In this document: piece after piece, positions 21,541-30,519 of the stretch
Position numbering within the stretch: the stretch's first letter is position 1
Layout of the letters: the number at the start of each line of letters is the position of its first letter
Source of the DNA: a virus
Length of the DNA stretch: 31,707 nucleotides
Strand: one strand, 5' to 3'
Virus record (IMG/VR): IMGVR_UViG_3300033232_000021
Coordinates: 1-31,707 of that record
Program-made: the position numbers and the translations under genes
Notes under the pieces: generated by a model
Told to the model about the DNA's origin: nothing
What the model saw: only the letters and a program-made list of their open reading frames with translations
The model's database searches: none

Positions 21541-22398
21541 CTAAGTTGAACAATGAATGTCCCAATGCTTTCCACCCAAATAAACATTTGCAACTCCGAT
21601 TCGTGTCGGATTGTAATTCTTCATTTGAGCATAGCTACCTTCATAGGCAAGAAAACCACCAGTTAAAACGGTGTATTGTTTTCTAACCTTGACTGTTTTG
21701 GCTCTGCGGTCATAGTATCGTTTATCTTCGGAGTCAACCATCAATGCATGAGTGTGTCCATAAAGATAGAGGTCTGCTTCTGTGTGTGTTGCTGTTCTTT
21801 TTGCACCCTGCATTTTAGTATGGTTATATCTACCACCTGTAGAACCATGCTGTGCGTGACATACATAGCTCTGATTACCTACTCTAAAGTAGATAAAGGA
21901 AGCATAACCACCATAAGGTATATCAAGGTATCTTGCTAACACACTTGATGGGTCAATCCCTGTATCTTTCCACACTCTCAACTCATGATTCCCTGTGAGA
22001 AGAACCAAAATTTGCTCTCTTAATGGGTAGAGCAGGTCTGCTAAAGTATCCAACTGTTCCTGTGGTGATTGTGTTTGTTCAACCCAACCTGAACCAACAG
22101 AACTTTTATTGGCAGACTCTAACAAATCTCCCATCAAGACAATCTTGTAATCCGGATTCTCTTTCAGGAACTTAATGGTATCGTGAAACTTTTTGACATC
22201 ACATGTAGGAGCACCTAAATGAACATCACCTAAAGGCACTACCCACAACTTGTCTGCATCAACTTCACAGCGTACAGACTTTACTTGGCGTTTGTTGGCT
22301 TTGCCTTCAAACTGTTCTAACAAGGTCATATCATTGTCAATGTCCATATCACTCTCCTCATAACATGATTCATCAATCATAGGCAGTTTACCCCTCAA
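21541..22398 (-). CDS. Calcineurin-like metallophosphoesterase (about 280 aa).
   Basis: Motifs in order: GDVHLG, GDLLE, GNHE, HGS and GHTH. The start is TTG at 22398 or ATG at 22380. Confidence 0.8.
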   Translation of the reverse strand: MRGKLPMIDESCYEESDMDIDNDMTLLEQFEGKANKRQVKSVRCEVDADKLWVVPLGDVHLGAPTCDVKKFHDTIKFLKENPDYKIVLMGDLLESANKSSVGSGWVEQTQSPQEQLDTLADLLYPLREQILVLLTGNHELRVWKDTGIDPSSVLARYLDIPYGGYASFIYFRVGNQSYVCHAQHGSTGGRYNHTKMQGAKRTATHTEADLYLYGHTHALMVDSEDKRYYDRRAKTVKVRKQYTVLTGGFLAYEGSYAQMKNYNPTRIGVANVYLGGKHWDIHCST

Positions 22399-22425
22399 AC
22401 TTATTTACGCTCCTTTCCATCTCTC

Positions 22426-22581
22426 CTAATTCTCCTCATCATCCTTTTCTGCATCCAATTCTTCGGTGCATTTCTCAAAGAGTTTTTCTTCAAGGTCCTC
22501 AATGAGGGTTTGAACATTTTTTCCTTCTTGCTGAAGGCGGTACAATTTGAACAACTCATTTAGAATCTCCTGTCTGTTCAT
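22426..22581 (-). CDS. Small acidic protein (51 aa), not in the ORF track.
   Basis: TAGGAGAGTGCA followed by ATG. Protein is MNRQEILNELFKLYRLQQEGKNVQTLIEDLEEKLFEKCTEELDAEKDDEEN. Confidence 0.5.
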   Translation of the reverse strand: MNRQEILNELFKLYRLQQEGKNVQTLIEDLEEKLFEKCTEELDAEKDDEEN

Positions 22582-22756
22582 TGCACTCTCCTATTTCTGA
22601 CTCAACGATTTGATATAGGTAAAAGTAAGGTAGATATTTCTTCAACCACTCACTTCGTTCCCACTCAGCTACCCTCTTATTAGGATAACCACTTCCGATA
22701 AACGTCATTGTTTCGTTTCTGCTTTTGTACAGAAAGACAATCTTGTAGTACCACAT
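22556..22756 (-). CDS. Hypothetical protein (66 aa).
   Basis: ATG is preceded by AAAGGAGAGTGGT. Confidence 0.55.
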   Translation of the reverse strand: MWYYKIVFLYKSRNETMTFIGSGYPNKRVAEWERSEWLKKYLPYFYLYQIVESEIGECNEQTGDSK

Positions 22757-22804
22757 ACCACTCTCCTTTATATGTTTTTTGGCTCATTTTGCCATTCTAA
22801 GCGA

Positions 22805-23017
22805 TTATTTTTCGCTTTCTTTAGCCCTATCCATTCTTGGCTTTATATTCTTTAAAAAGACTAATAAAACATTAATAACAAAAGACAAAGGCATACTTTG
22901 AATATCAAGGTTTCCAAGTATTACAATTATCTCTGCTATTGCGTAAGATACTGCTATATATAATGCTACCTTTATCTCTGAAGGTAGTCTTTCCCATATT
23001 GATTTAATTTTATCCAA
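22805..23017 (-). CDS. Two-TM membrane protein (holin/antiholin-like, 70 aa).
   Basis: TTG at 23017 lies 6 nt after AAAGGAGGTG and directly after the endolysin stop. The track start at 23059 is a GTG inside the endolysin gene. Confidence 0.5.
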   Translation of the reverse strand: MDKIKSIWERLPSEIKVALYIAVSYAIAEIIVILGNLDIQSMPLSFVINVLLVFLKNIKPRMDRAKESEK

Positions 23018-23018
23018 A

Positions 23019-23942
23019 CTAAACACCTCCTTTAGAAAATAACCTATTAAATAATTCACTTACTAAATCTTGCCAACTATACTCAGATATAGGGTTTTGA
23101 GATGCAATCTTGTCTTCTAAGTCTGATATAGTAACCTTTAGCTTCGGAATGACTATTTCATAACCTTTAACGGCATCAAGCAGTCCATCCCTCTCTCTGC
23201 TAACATCTGAGAATTGTCCTTGTAGTGACTGGATTTCGGCATATTGTGAGGCGTTGGCGTGGCTAAGGGATTCTACTTCTTTTAAGATTTTGGCTATTTC
23301 TTCAGCTTGGCTTTTAACCACCTCTCTAAGTTCACGAGCTTCTTTTTTATACTTTTCTTTTTCGCCTTTTTCATATTCATATTCTCCTACAAGTTTAACC
23401 CAATCGTTTATTAGTTCTTCATAAGTCCAATACTTATTATATCTGTCTATCTCTTTTAGTTTGAATTTTTCTTCTATATCGGAAGGAATATCTATATCCA
23501 TATTATCTCCTTTCGCTAAATTTATAATTTTATCTATATCTAAAGTTCCAGGACAAGCTGTCGCTTTTACTTGGTTGTGTCCAATTATATGTTCTCTATC
23601 TAAGGGTATTGAATGTCGTTTACAGATATCTGCAACAAGTTGTCCTGAAGTTTGATAAGTCTTTTCTGAAGCGTTTTTAGTAGTAGTAGCATCATGCTCT
23701 ATACCTATGGATTCTTGATTAACTTCGTAGTTTCCAGCGTGATAGGCAACGTGTTCCTCTTTTACCCATTGAAATACAGTATCGTCTGAAATACCATAGT
23801 GAGCAGAAACACCGCTTGAAGCACTTTGAAAACGATTATTAGCAGAATTAAGGTCACCAACACCAAACCAATGAATAACAATTTTCGTAATCGGCTTTCT
23901 ATTTTTGTCATAGTTAGGCGAACCCTTCCATTGTATACTCAT
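23019..23942 (-). CDS. Endolysin: N-acetylmuramoyl-L-alanine amidase (Amidase_2/PGRP fold) with a long C-terminal coiled coil.
   Basis: IVIHWFG...SAHYGI...AYHAGN...IGIEHD...IIGHNQV..TACPG. The C-terminal region of about 150 aa is heptad-like and Glu/Lys-rich. Confidence 0.85.
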   Translation of the reverse strand: MSIQWKGSPNYDKNRKPITKIVIHWFGVGDLNSANNRFQSASSGVSAHYGISDDTVFQWVKEEHVAYHAGNYEVNQESIGIEHDATTTKNASEKTYQTSGQLVADICKRHSIPLDREHIIGHNQVKATACPGTLDIDKIINLAKGDNMDIDIPSDIEEKFKLKEIDRYNKYWTYEELINDWVKLVGEYEYEKGEKEKYKKEARELREVVKSQAEEIAKILKEVESLSHANASQYAEIQSLQGQFSDVSRERDGLLDAVKGYEIVIPKLKVTISDLEDKIASQNPISEYSWQDLVSELFNRLFSKGGV

Positions 23943-24262
23943 TTTTGTTTTCTAATATCTATATGTGTAAGATAAATAAACCAAGATGTTACAAGAAAAA
24001 ATGCGTTAACAAATAATCTTGAATAAGGCGACATTTGATGTGCAGCTAACCCATTACCAACTAATGCTATTAGTGATAGTGTTGCGTTTACTATCGCACT
24101 AAGTGAAATACCTGCAAAAAGCACAGTTAATGCTTTGTTTACCTTTCTTTGTTTAACCGGTATAACTCTTTTCTCTTTTGCCACTATCATTAGTAAGACT
24201 ATTGATGGGGGTACGGAGATTAAAGCTACAATTGTATTTATAATTTGTATAATTTCTCTCAT
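23939..24262 (-). CDS. Holin-like protein with three TM segments (107 aa).
   Basis: Three hydrophobic segments. ATGA-coupled to the endolysin gene. Confidence 0.6.
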   Translation of the reverse strand: MREIIQIINTIVALISVPPSIVLLMIVAKEKRVIPVKQRKVNKALTVLFAGISLSAIVNATLSLIALVGNGLAAHQMSPYSRLFVNAFFLVTSWFIYLTHIDIRKQK

Positions 24263-24273
24263 AAGTTATTCTC

Positions 24274-24534
24274 TCACTTTCTTAAACTTTCGTAAATATA
24301 GTTCGTTAAAGTTTCGGTTGCTTTTGTGTTTTGTTTTATTGAATCTCTAAGCTCTGACTGTACTCTTGTGTTTTGAACGACGATATCCATTATCTTTCCG
24401 TTTAACTCGTGTATCTTATCGTCCTTTTCTTTGATGATTTCCTTCCTATCTTTCCAAACAACAAATAGAAAATACATCAACATTGCGATGCTTCCTAAGT
24501 CTATTAAAGGTTTTATTACATCAAGGTTTTCCAT
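24274..24534 (-). CDS. N-terminal TM plus coiled-coil protein (86 aa). Lysis accessory protein or spanin-like.
   Basis: TM segment LGSIAMLMYFLFVVW. Position is upstream of the holin. Confidence 0.45.
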   Translation of the reverse strand: MENLDVIKPLIDLGSIAMLMYFLFVVWKDRKEIIKEKDDKIHELNGKIMDIVVQNTRVQSELRDSIKQNTKATETLTNYIYESLRK

Positions 24535-24539
24535 ATTTA

Positions 24540-25856
24540 CTATGCTATGCTGTAACTACCGTTAGCATTGAATTGTCTCCCAGTCCCCAAACCAAAGTTA
24601 GCATTGTCGTACCTATAGAACGGAATAATGTTTGAACCATTAATTCCTATATCATTTCTTGCTATCATATAAGAGCTACCACCATCTAAAAACCAACAAC
24701 TAAAAGAACAATATCTTGAATTAACCCCATTACTAAATGGCGATGTAATTCTTACATTATTAGAAGCAGTCCCACCTGTAGTTCCTGTTACCATAGCTCT
24801 AATAAAAATATTATCTCCAACTATCTTATAAGATGTCATACCCGTGGTTACAGACGTATAAGTCATAGAGCCACCTGCTGAATATGTTGGTTGCCATGTT
24901 AAGTTTCTTGTCTCAAATATTGGTCTTTGAATAAGGTTAATTGAAGTAAATGTAGGAACACTCCAAGTGTACCCCGCACCTGCTGAAAGAGTTGCGGCAA
25001 ACCTTCCTATAACTGTGTAGTCATCACCACTTGCCGCGTTTGTTATTGTTGAAATAGCACAATACTTCTCGTTTGTTGTAGTTGCTGAAAACTGCGAATA
25101 GTCCGTTGCATAAGGTATTCTTGAAAAACCTAAAACGACCCCGTCTGTTGCGTTGTATCCTAAGTAAGTGAAGTAGTCTATTTCTTTAGTTGCTAACTCG
25201 TCAGAACCAGCGTTAAACAAGTTAGTTCCTGCGTTTGTCGTGACTGAAAGAGCCGAAGTTATTGAATGAACGGTATCTCCTATACGGACATATATAGGGT
25301 TAGTTGCTGACGGGTCGTTACCATCTAAACCTTTTAATGCTACTGTTAGGTTGTCTGAAGTTACACTCGGAACTATCTTTCCGTTTATTAAATATCCTTC
25401 AGGCGAGTTAAAACTTATTAAGTTAGTTGTGCCTATCGTTTTATTAGTTAGAGTTTGAGCAGTAGTTAAATCTACTACTTTTGTTGTGTCGTGTGTTCCA
25501 TCTTGATCGTGTTCAACTAAAACACCATCTATTGTGTCGTTCCACGTTTCTGCATCCCATATAACCTCTACTACCGCACCTGCATCATGTGCTGCCGGTG
25601 TTGTTCCATCCTCACCTCTTAGAGATGTAACGATGTCTGTTCCTGAAACTACTCCTGTTATTCTCTCTACTTTAGCGGGAGTGGACACACCGTTTGAGTC
25701 TACCCTATCTATTGTTAATGTCACCGCCGTATCAGTTGGAAGTCCTGTCGTTGATGATAGGGATATTGTCGTGTCACTATCTGATATCCCCGCACCAAGT
25801 GTGGTTGAAAAGTTTGACGTTTGTTTTCTAAATTTATCTGTATTAGCTGCTGCCAT
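24540..25856 (-). CDS. Tail fibre / receptor-binding protein (438 aa).
   Basis: N-terminal region ...TISLSSTTGLP...VERITG...DGT..AAHDAGAVVE...TLTNKTIG resembles the N-termini of many phage fibre proteins. Confidence 0.6.
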   Translation of the reverse strand: MAAANTDKFRKQTSNFSTTLGAGISDSDTTISLSSTTGLPTDTAVTLTIDRVDSNGVSTPAKVERITGVVSGTDIVTSLRGEDGTTPAAHDAGAVVEVIWDAETWNDTIDGVLVEHDQDGTHDTTKVVDLTTAQTLTNKTIGTTNLISFNSPEGYLINGKIVPSVTSDNLTVALKGLDGNDPSATNPIYVRIGDTVHSITSALSVTTNAGTNLFNAGSDELATKEIDYFTYLGYNATDGVVLGFSRIPYATDYSQFSATTTNEKYCAISTITNAASGDDYTVIGRFAATLSAGAGYTWSVPTFTSINLIQRPIFETRNLTWQPTYSAGGSMTYTSVTTGMTSYKIVGDNIFIRAMVTGTTGGTASNNVRITSPFSNGVNSRYCSFSCWFLDGGSSYMIARNDIGINGSNIIPFYRYDNANFGLGTGRQFNANGSYSIA

Positions 25857-25882
25857 TTTAAAATCCTCCTTATATAATTATA

Positions 25883-27835
25883 TTACAATCCCCAATCCTC
25901 GGGTTTTCCTGTACCAATTAAATACCCCTCTGCCATTAAACCTGTGATTGTTGCTCTATCACTTAAAGAACTTCCTACAAGCGACCATTGAATATCTCTA
26001 ACTAAAGCCCTTGGGTAGAAGTATCTAATCAATGACTGTAAAGCAAAGGTTGTCGGAGTCCCTGATGTACTACCCATTAAAACTGAACCCATTAAATCCC
26101 AACCCATACCTGTATCTGAAACTCCTTGCTCAATAGTAGATGTAGCAAGTGTTTTTGTTGAGTCGCTTTTACCTGTTCCTGTAAATGTAAAATTAGGCGT
26201 ACCGAGTGCGTCTTTTAACTTAATATATGCACGTTTTATTTTTCCAAACTGTCCCCAATTTTTTGAAACTAAAAATCTCGGACTTGTATATTTCCACGAA
26301 AATGCGGTTCCGGAATCTCCTGCATAGTTTTCTGAAAATTCTATTAAACCTGTTCCTCTTATTCCAAGCAAGTGTGTTCTTCCTGCAGAATCGGTAAACT
26401 CGCCGAATTGTGACACACCGACAGTCCAATCTTTAACCCACGCCTTAAGCTCCGTATCGTAGTAGATTGTTCTGTTAGGACTCCCTGTTGCTCTTGGAAC
26501 TGAAAAAAACACTTTAGATTCGTAATAATACGAACAAGACTTTTCTATTGAAGGCTCGTCTAACGACCTTATATACGGTCTTATTTTAGCTGATATCTCG
26601 TTGGTTCTTAGTCTATTGAAAACGCCCACCTCATCCCCCAACACGTGAACTCCCGCTTCGTTTAAGAAGTAAATATCGTTCTCCACGTGTACCGCAGATC
26701 GTGGTGCTACTGTCCCTTTAGCTGATATAAGTTTAGAAGGAACAGGAATAACCACCGTTCCTACACCCATATCTGTTGATGTTAAAATTATCTTCCAAAT
26801 AGAACCCCTACCTTCGGCTGTTTTACAAAATATGTGTGCCTCTCCTTGATAGTCTTTTACACATACGTTCTCACTTCTACCCCCACGTTCAAGGTCAATC
26901 CAACCACCATCAAAAGAAGGTGAGAAGTTTCCAAGATTAACCCCTGTTCCTGAGAAGTAAACTCTTTGAGGATTGTTTTCGTCCTTTGTTCCCCACACCC
27001 TGTTTCCTGATACACCAATAGAAGCAAACAAAGGTCCTGTGGTCGTGTTATCTAATGACGGTACGATGTATCCGTTGGGTACATCTTTTCCGGTATCTCT
27101 ATAAGAATTAGTAGATACTTGAGATAGCATAACCTCATAACCTGCGGTGTCCGCAAAGTATATTGAATACCTGACAGCACCTGTAACAGCACCCCAAGCT
27201 AAATCTAAATACTCATCTGCCGCCGACCAACTATCTCTTAATTTATCAACTGTGATTGATTCCGCCGTGTTTGCTACTGTCTCACCAACTGCATTTACAG
27301 CAGAAACCCTGTAATAGTATGTGTAAGAACCTGCGGATAAACCAGCACCTCTTGTTATAGGAGTCCCACCCCACGTAGGTGTTGCAAGTGCGGTGTATTT
27401 TACAAGGTTAGTTCCATCATATCTTGCCAACACGTCCTTGCCGTTACATATATATAATTCATCTCTTATTTGAGCAAAATCACATGCATATCCTTGAGTA
27501 AATGTAGCACCTGTTATTTCGGTTTTTGTACTTGCGTTAGGATCTACCTTCCAAGCCTTCCCATCTGCTGTCACGACCAACTCTCTTGAGCCTGTTGTTG
27601 TCCTATACTCTACAAATCCATCTGGTTCGTTTGTAAACGTCACTCCACCATAAGCCCCTGTTCCCCATCTCTTTGACCACACACCGTCCTCTGTAAGCAT
27701 AAGGTTAGTAGATTCAACCGCCTCGTTTTCTTTGATTCTGGTTTCTGAATATAAGTTATTAGATCCCCCACTAAAGTCGGATATTTCAATAAAAACTTCC
27801 TTATTGTTTCTTAGTCGCGGTGTGTTTCCAATCAT
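25883..27835 (-). CDS. Large tail (nozzle/tubular-B-like) protein with an FN3-like insertion (650 aa).
   Basis: Size and position support the call. GSYTYYYRVSAVNAVGE and WGAVTGAVRYSIYF are FN3-like strands. Confidence 0.5.
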   Translation of the reverse strand: MIGNTPRLRNNKEVFIEISDFSGGSNNLYSETRIKENEAVESTNLMLTEDGVWSKRWGTGAYGGVTFTNEPDGFVEYRTTTGSRELVVTADGKAWKVDPNASTKTEITGATFTQGYACDFAQIRDELYICNGKDVLARYDGTNLVKYTALATPTWGGTPITRGAGLSAGSYTYYYRVSAVNAVGETVANTAESITVDKLRDSWSAADEYLDLAWGAVTGAVRYSIYFADTAGYEVMLSQVSTNSYRDTGKDVPNGYIVPSLDNTTTGPLFASIGVSGNRVWGTKDENNPQRVYFSGTGVNLGNFSPSFDGGWIDLERGGRSENVCVKDYQGEAHIFCKTAEGRGSIWKIILTSTDMGVGTVVIPVPSKLISAKGTVAPRSAVHVENDIYFLNEAGVHVLGDEVGVFNRLRTNEISAKIRPYIRSLDEPSIEKSCSYYYESKVFFSVPRATGSPNRTIYYDTELKAWVKDWTVGVSQFGEFTDSAGRTHLLGIRGTGLIEFSENYAGDSGTAFSWKYTSPRFLVSKNWGQFGKIKRAYIKLKDALGTPNFTFTGTGKSDSTKTLATSTIEQGVSDTGMGWDLMGSVLMGSTSGTPTTFALQSLIRYFYPRALVRDIQWSLVGSSLSDRATITGLMAEGYLIGTGKPEDWGL

Positions 27836-28491
27836 GCTTGACTCCCAAAATCACCCCCAAAACTATCACTTGGTACGTTAGGTTGATTATCAGGTAAAAG
27901 CATATTTCTCGTTTTCATTGACTTCATTTTTCCAACGGCCTGTGCGTATTCAGCAGAAGCAAGTTGTCCCTCACCATCGTTTGACCTCATTCTATATAAA
28001 GCCCAATTTATACAAAAGTAAGGCTCGCTCATTTCAATAACGTCTGTTGTAAGTGATGGTTGTGATGCTTCCTTATAGTAAGGATAATCAATCGTTAATC
28101 CAACTTCTGGTTGTGATAAGAAATTTAACTTATAGCCCGCTGATTTGTTTCCTGTAACATAACAAACACTTTCAGTTGTATAGCCGTCTTTTTCGTATGG
28201 TTGAATAATCTGATAATCAGAACCACCCACATCAACATAAGAGCCTAAAAACTTAAAGTCTGAAGGCATATCATATGTGAGTGTAGTTGTGACTGTCTTA
28301 TCTCCATCTGAAGCGTCTGATAACATTGTCCACAACTCTTTCCAAAATATTCCTTTCTCACCTTCCCACATTGCTATAGCTTCGTGCAGAAGTGTGTTTC
28401 TGTAAGTCCATTCCCCCGAGGTACTTGTTGGGGTGTTTGTATCTCCTTGATAGATGCTATGAAGGTTAGTTTGAAATTCCTGTAGTGTCAT
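27832..28491 (-). CDS. Putative head-tail adaptor / tubular-A-like protein (219 aa).
   Basis: Called from position and size only. ATGA-type coupling to its neighbours. Confidence 0.35.
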   Translation of the reverse strand: MTLQEFQTNLHSIYQGDTNTPTSTSGEWTYRNTLLHEAIAMWEGEKGIFWKELWTMLSDASDGDKTVTTTLTYDMPSDFKFLGSYVDVGGSDYQIIQPYEKDGYTTESVCYVTGNKSAGYKLNFLSQPEVGLTIDYPYYKEASQPSLTTDVIEMSEPYFCINWALYRMRSNDGEGQLASAEYAQAVGKMKSMKTRNMLLPDNQPNVPSDSFGGDFGSQA

Positions 28492-30509
28492 TAATAACCT
28501 CCTATTGATTTAAATAGATTCTCAAACAAATCTAACTTATAAGCTATTGTTTCATCAGTATCTGTTATCTTAGGTAACATCCCACTATATCTCTTCCACT
28601 CTGCGTTATTTATAGCAGCACCTGTTCTCATTCTCTGCAGGACATCTTGAATTTCATCTCCCGCTGTTTTTAACATCTGTGCCTTAGTGTTTAACCCTTG
28701 GAGTGGGAGAATCCTACTTGCCATAACTCCCCTATTTACCTCATCTCCTGAATAAAGTGCAGACTTTAACGAGTCTATTGCTCTTAGACCCGATTGTGCG
28801 TTAGCTTGTTCCTTTGATACCTCACCACTACCTCCAAATGACTTAGAATCATATTCTATAAAGCTCTGTGTCATTGGATTCCATATCGCCTTACCTGATG
28901 GGTGTATTATCCACAATTTTCTCATAACATCTTCACCGTATTGTTTCATAAGTTGTGGTGCCATTTGTGTTGCTTCAAAATAAGATATAGGACCTTGGGG
29001 TACTTGAGAACCTTGAACCATACCCCCTTGAGGAGCCCCCCCTATTGAACTGTCAAGTCTTTGCAACGGCGTACCTCTTTCTTTAGTTGCTAAACCACCT
29101 GCCTCTTGTGCCAATACATCTCTTAAAACATCTCGTGAACCTGCAGACCCCGCTACATTTAAAGCACCCTGTACAGGTTTCATAAGTGTGTCACCCAATC
29201 TTGAAAAACCAGCACCTGCTTGACCTTTTGTTATTGGTAAATTAAATCCAAGGTCATCTACTCCGGGGAAGTTTAATCTTGCTGGCACATCTCCCTGATA
29301 GTTTTTAACCAATTCTTCCGCTATATTAAACAATGCCCTTTCCTTATTGTTTATCACACCTATGTTGGGGTCTACATCTGCTAAAGCGTCTTGGAAAGAC
29401 CTAAACAGTGCCTTGTGAATCTGATTCTTTGCAGAACCCTTTACACCGTGTTTCAACATCTGAGATGCTTCCTGCTTCGCTGCATATAAACTATCAACAT
29501 CAGTTATAGAGTCTATTTTATCTAAAAGATTATCCATAAAAAACCTATTTCCTTTAACTGTATCATCAAACTCTACATACCTGTTCACACTCTCTACAAA
29601 ATTATTTAGTATTTTATCTTTGTCCACAGGTTTGCCAGTGTATTCTTTTAAGATATTCTTCAGCTCAGAATCATATCTATTAAACCCGGGTTCAAGCTGT
29701 TCTACTTGTTGAAAAGGTGTCATTTTCTTATTTAATCCGATATCTTTTACCACTGCGTCCAAATCCTTCTTCTTACTTGCAAAAAAGGGGTCATCTTTTT
29801 CCAATGCTGTGCCTTTTAAGTCAACACCCTTAGAAACCTTGTTTGCCTGTCTTTCCTTTAGTTTACCAAGCCAATCCCCCGCCTTGTAAAGTCCTGCACC
29901 TGTTAAATAACCAGCACCAGCACCAACACCTGTCTGTATAAGTGTCTTGCCTACATCTGCCTCACCTTCTCCAAAACCTCTTGCACCGCCATACACAGCA
30001 CCTCTTAAACCTGCCTGTGCTGCTGATGTTGCCTTACCACCTAACAAAGCACCTGCTGCCATCTTAGGTGCTGCAAACGGCGCAACTGTTGCCCACGTTC
30101 CCACACCTTTCTTAGCACCATAAAAACCACCTTTTAAGGGTTTACCGCTTATATCCGCCACCGCTTTAGCTTTCATGAATTTTGGTCTGTTTAACTCTTG
30201 GAATTTCTTTATTTCATCTTCACTAACCTTTCCTGAATCTAATCTTTTTGATATAGACCTGTATTCAGGATTGATTTGATTTAAACCCTGTCTTCCTGCC
30301 TCTAACACAAGCCCACCATATTCCATAGGAATTTTAGCTATTCCTTTACCTATGTTATATGTCAGATTAACTAAAGGTGCGTCGCTAAACTTAACAAGGT
30401 CTGCTTCTTTGTATTGTCTTCTTCTCTGTTCTACTTGTTCAGGTGTAGCACCCAATCGCTGAGCTAATTGGAGTTTTTCTTCTAACTCTTTTTTACTAAG
30501 TCTTGCCAT
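28491..30509 (-). CDS. Internal virion / DNA-ejection-like protein (672 aa) with a Gly/Ala-rich hydrophobic region.
   Basis: Contains GAKKGVGTWATVAPFAAPKMAAGALLGG...GVGAGAGYLTGAGLY. Large size. No tape-measure context, since no tube or sheath genes are present. Confidence 0.45.
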   Translation of the reverse strand: MARLSKKELEEKLQLAQRLGATPEQVEQRRRQYKEADLVKFSDAPLVNLTYNIGKGIAKIPMEYGGLVLEAGRQGLNQINPEYRSISKRLDSGKVSEDEIKKFQELNRPKFMKAKAVADISGKPLKGGFYGAKKGVGTWATVAPFAAPKMAAGALLGGKATSAAQAGLRGAVYGGARGFGEGEADVGKTLIQTGVGAGAGYLTGAGLYKAGDWLGKLKERQANKVSKGVDLKGTALEKDDPFFASKKKDLDAVVKDIGLNKKMTPFQQVEQLEPGFNRYDSELKNILKEYTGKPVDKDKILNNFVESVNRYVEFDDTVKGNRFFMDNLLDKIDSITDVDSLYAAKQEASQMLKHGVKGSAKNQIHKALFRSFQDALADVDPNIGVINNKERALFNIAEELVKNYQGDVPARLNFPGVDDLGFNLPITKGQAGAGFSRLGDTLMKPVQGALNVAGSAGSRDVLRDVLAQEAGGLATKERGTPLQRLDSSIGGAPQGGMVQGSQVPQGPISYFEATQMAPQLMKQYGEDVMRKLWIIHPSGKAIWNPMTQSFIEYDSKSFGGSGEVSKEQANAQSGLRAIDSLKSALYSGDEVNRGVMASRILPLQGLNTKAQMLKTAGDEIQDVLQRMRTGAAINNAEWKRYSGMLPKITDTDETIAYKLDLFENLFKSIGGY

Positions 30510-30519
30510 ATTTTCTCCT

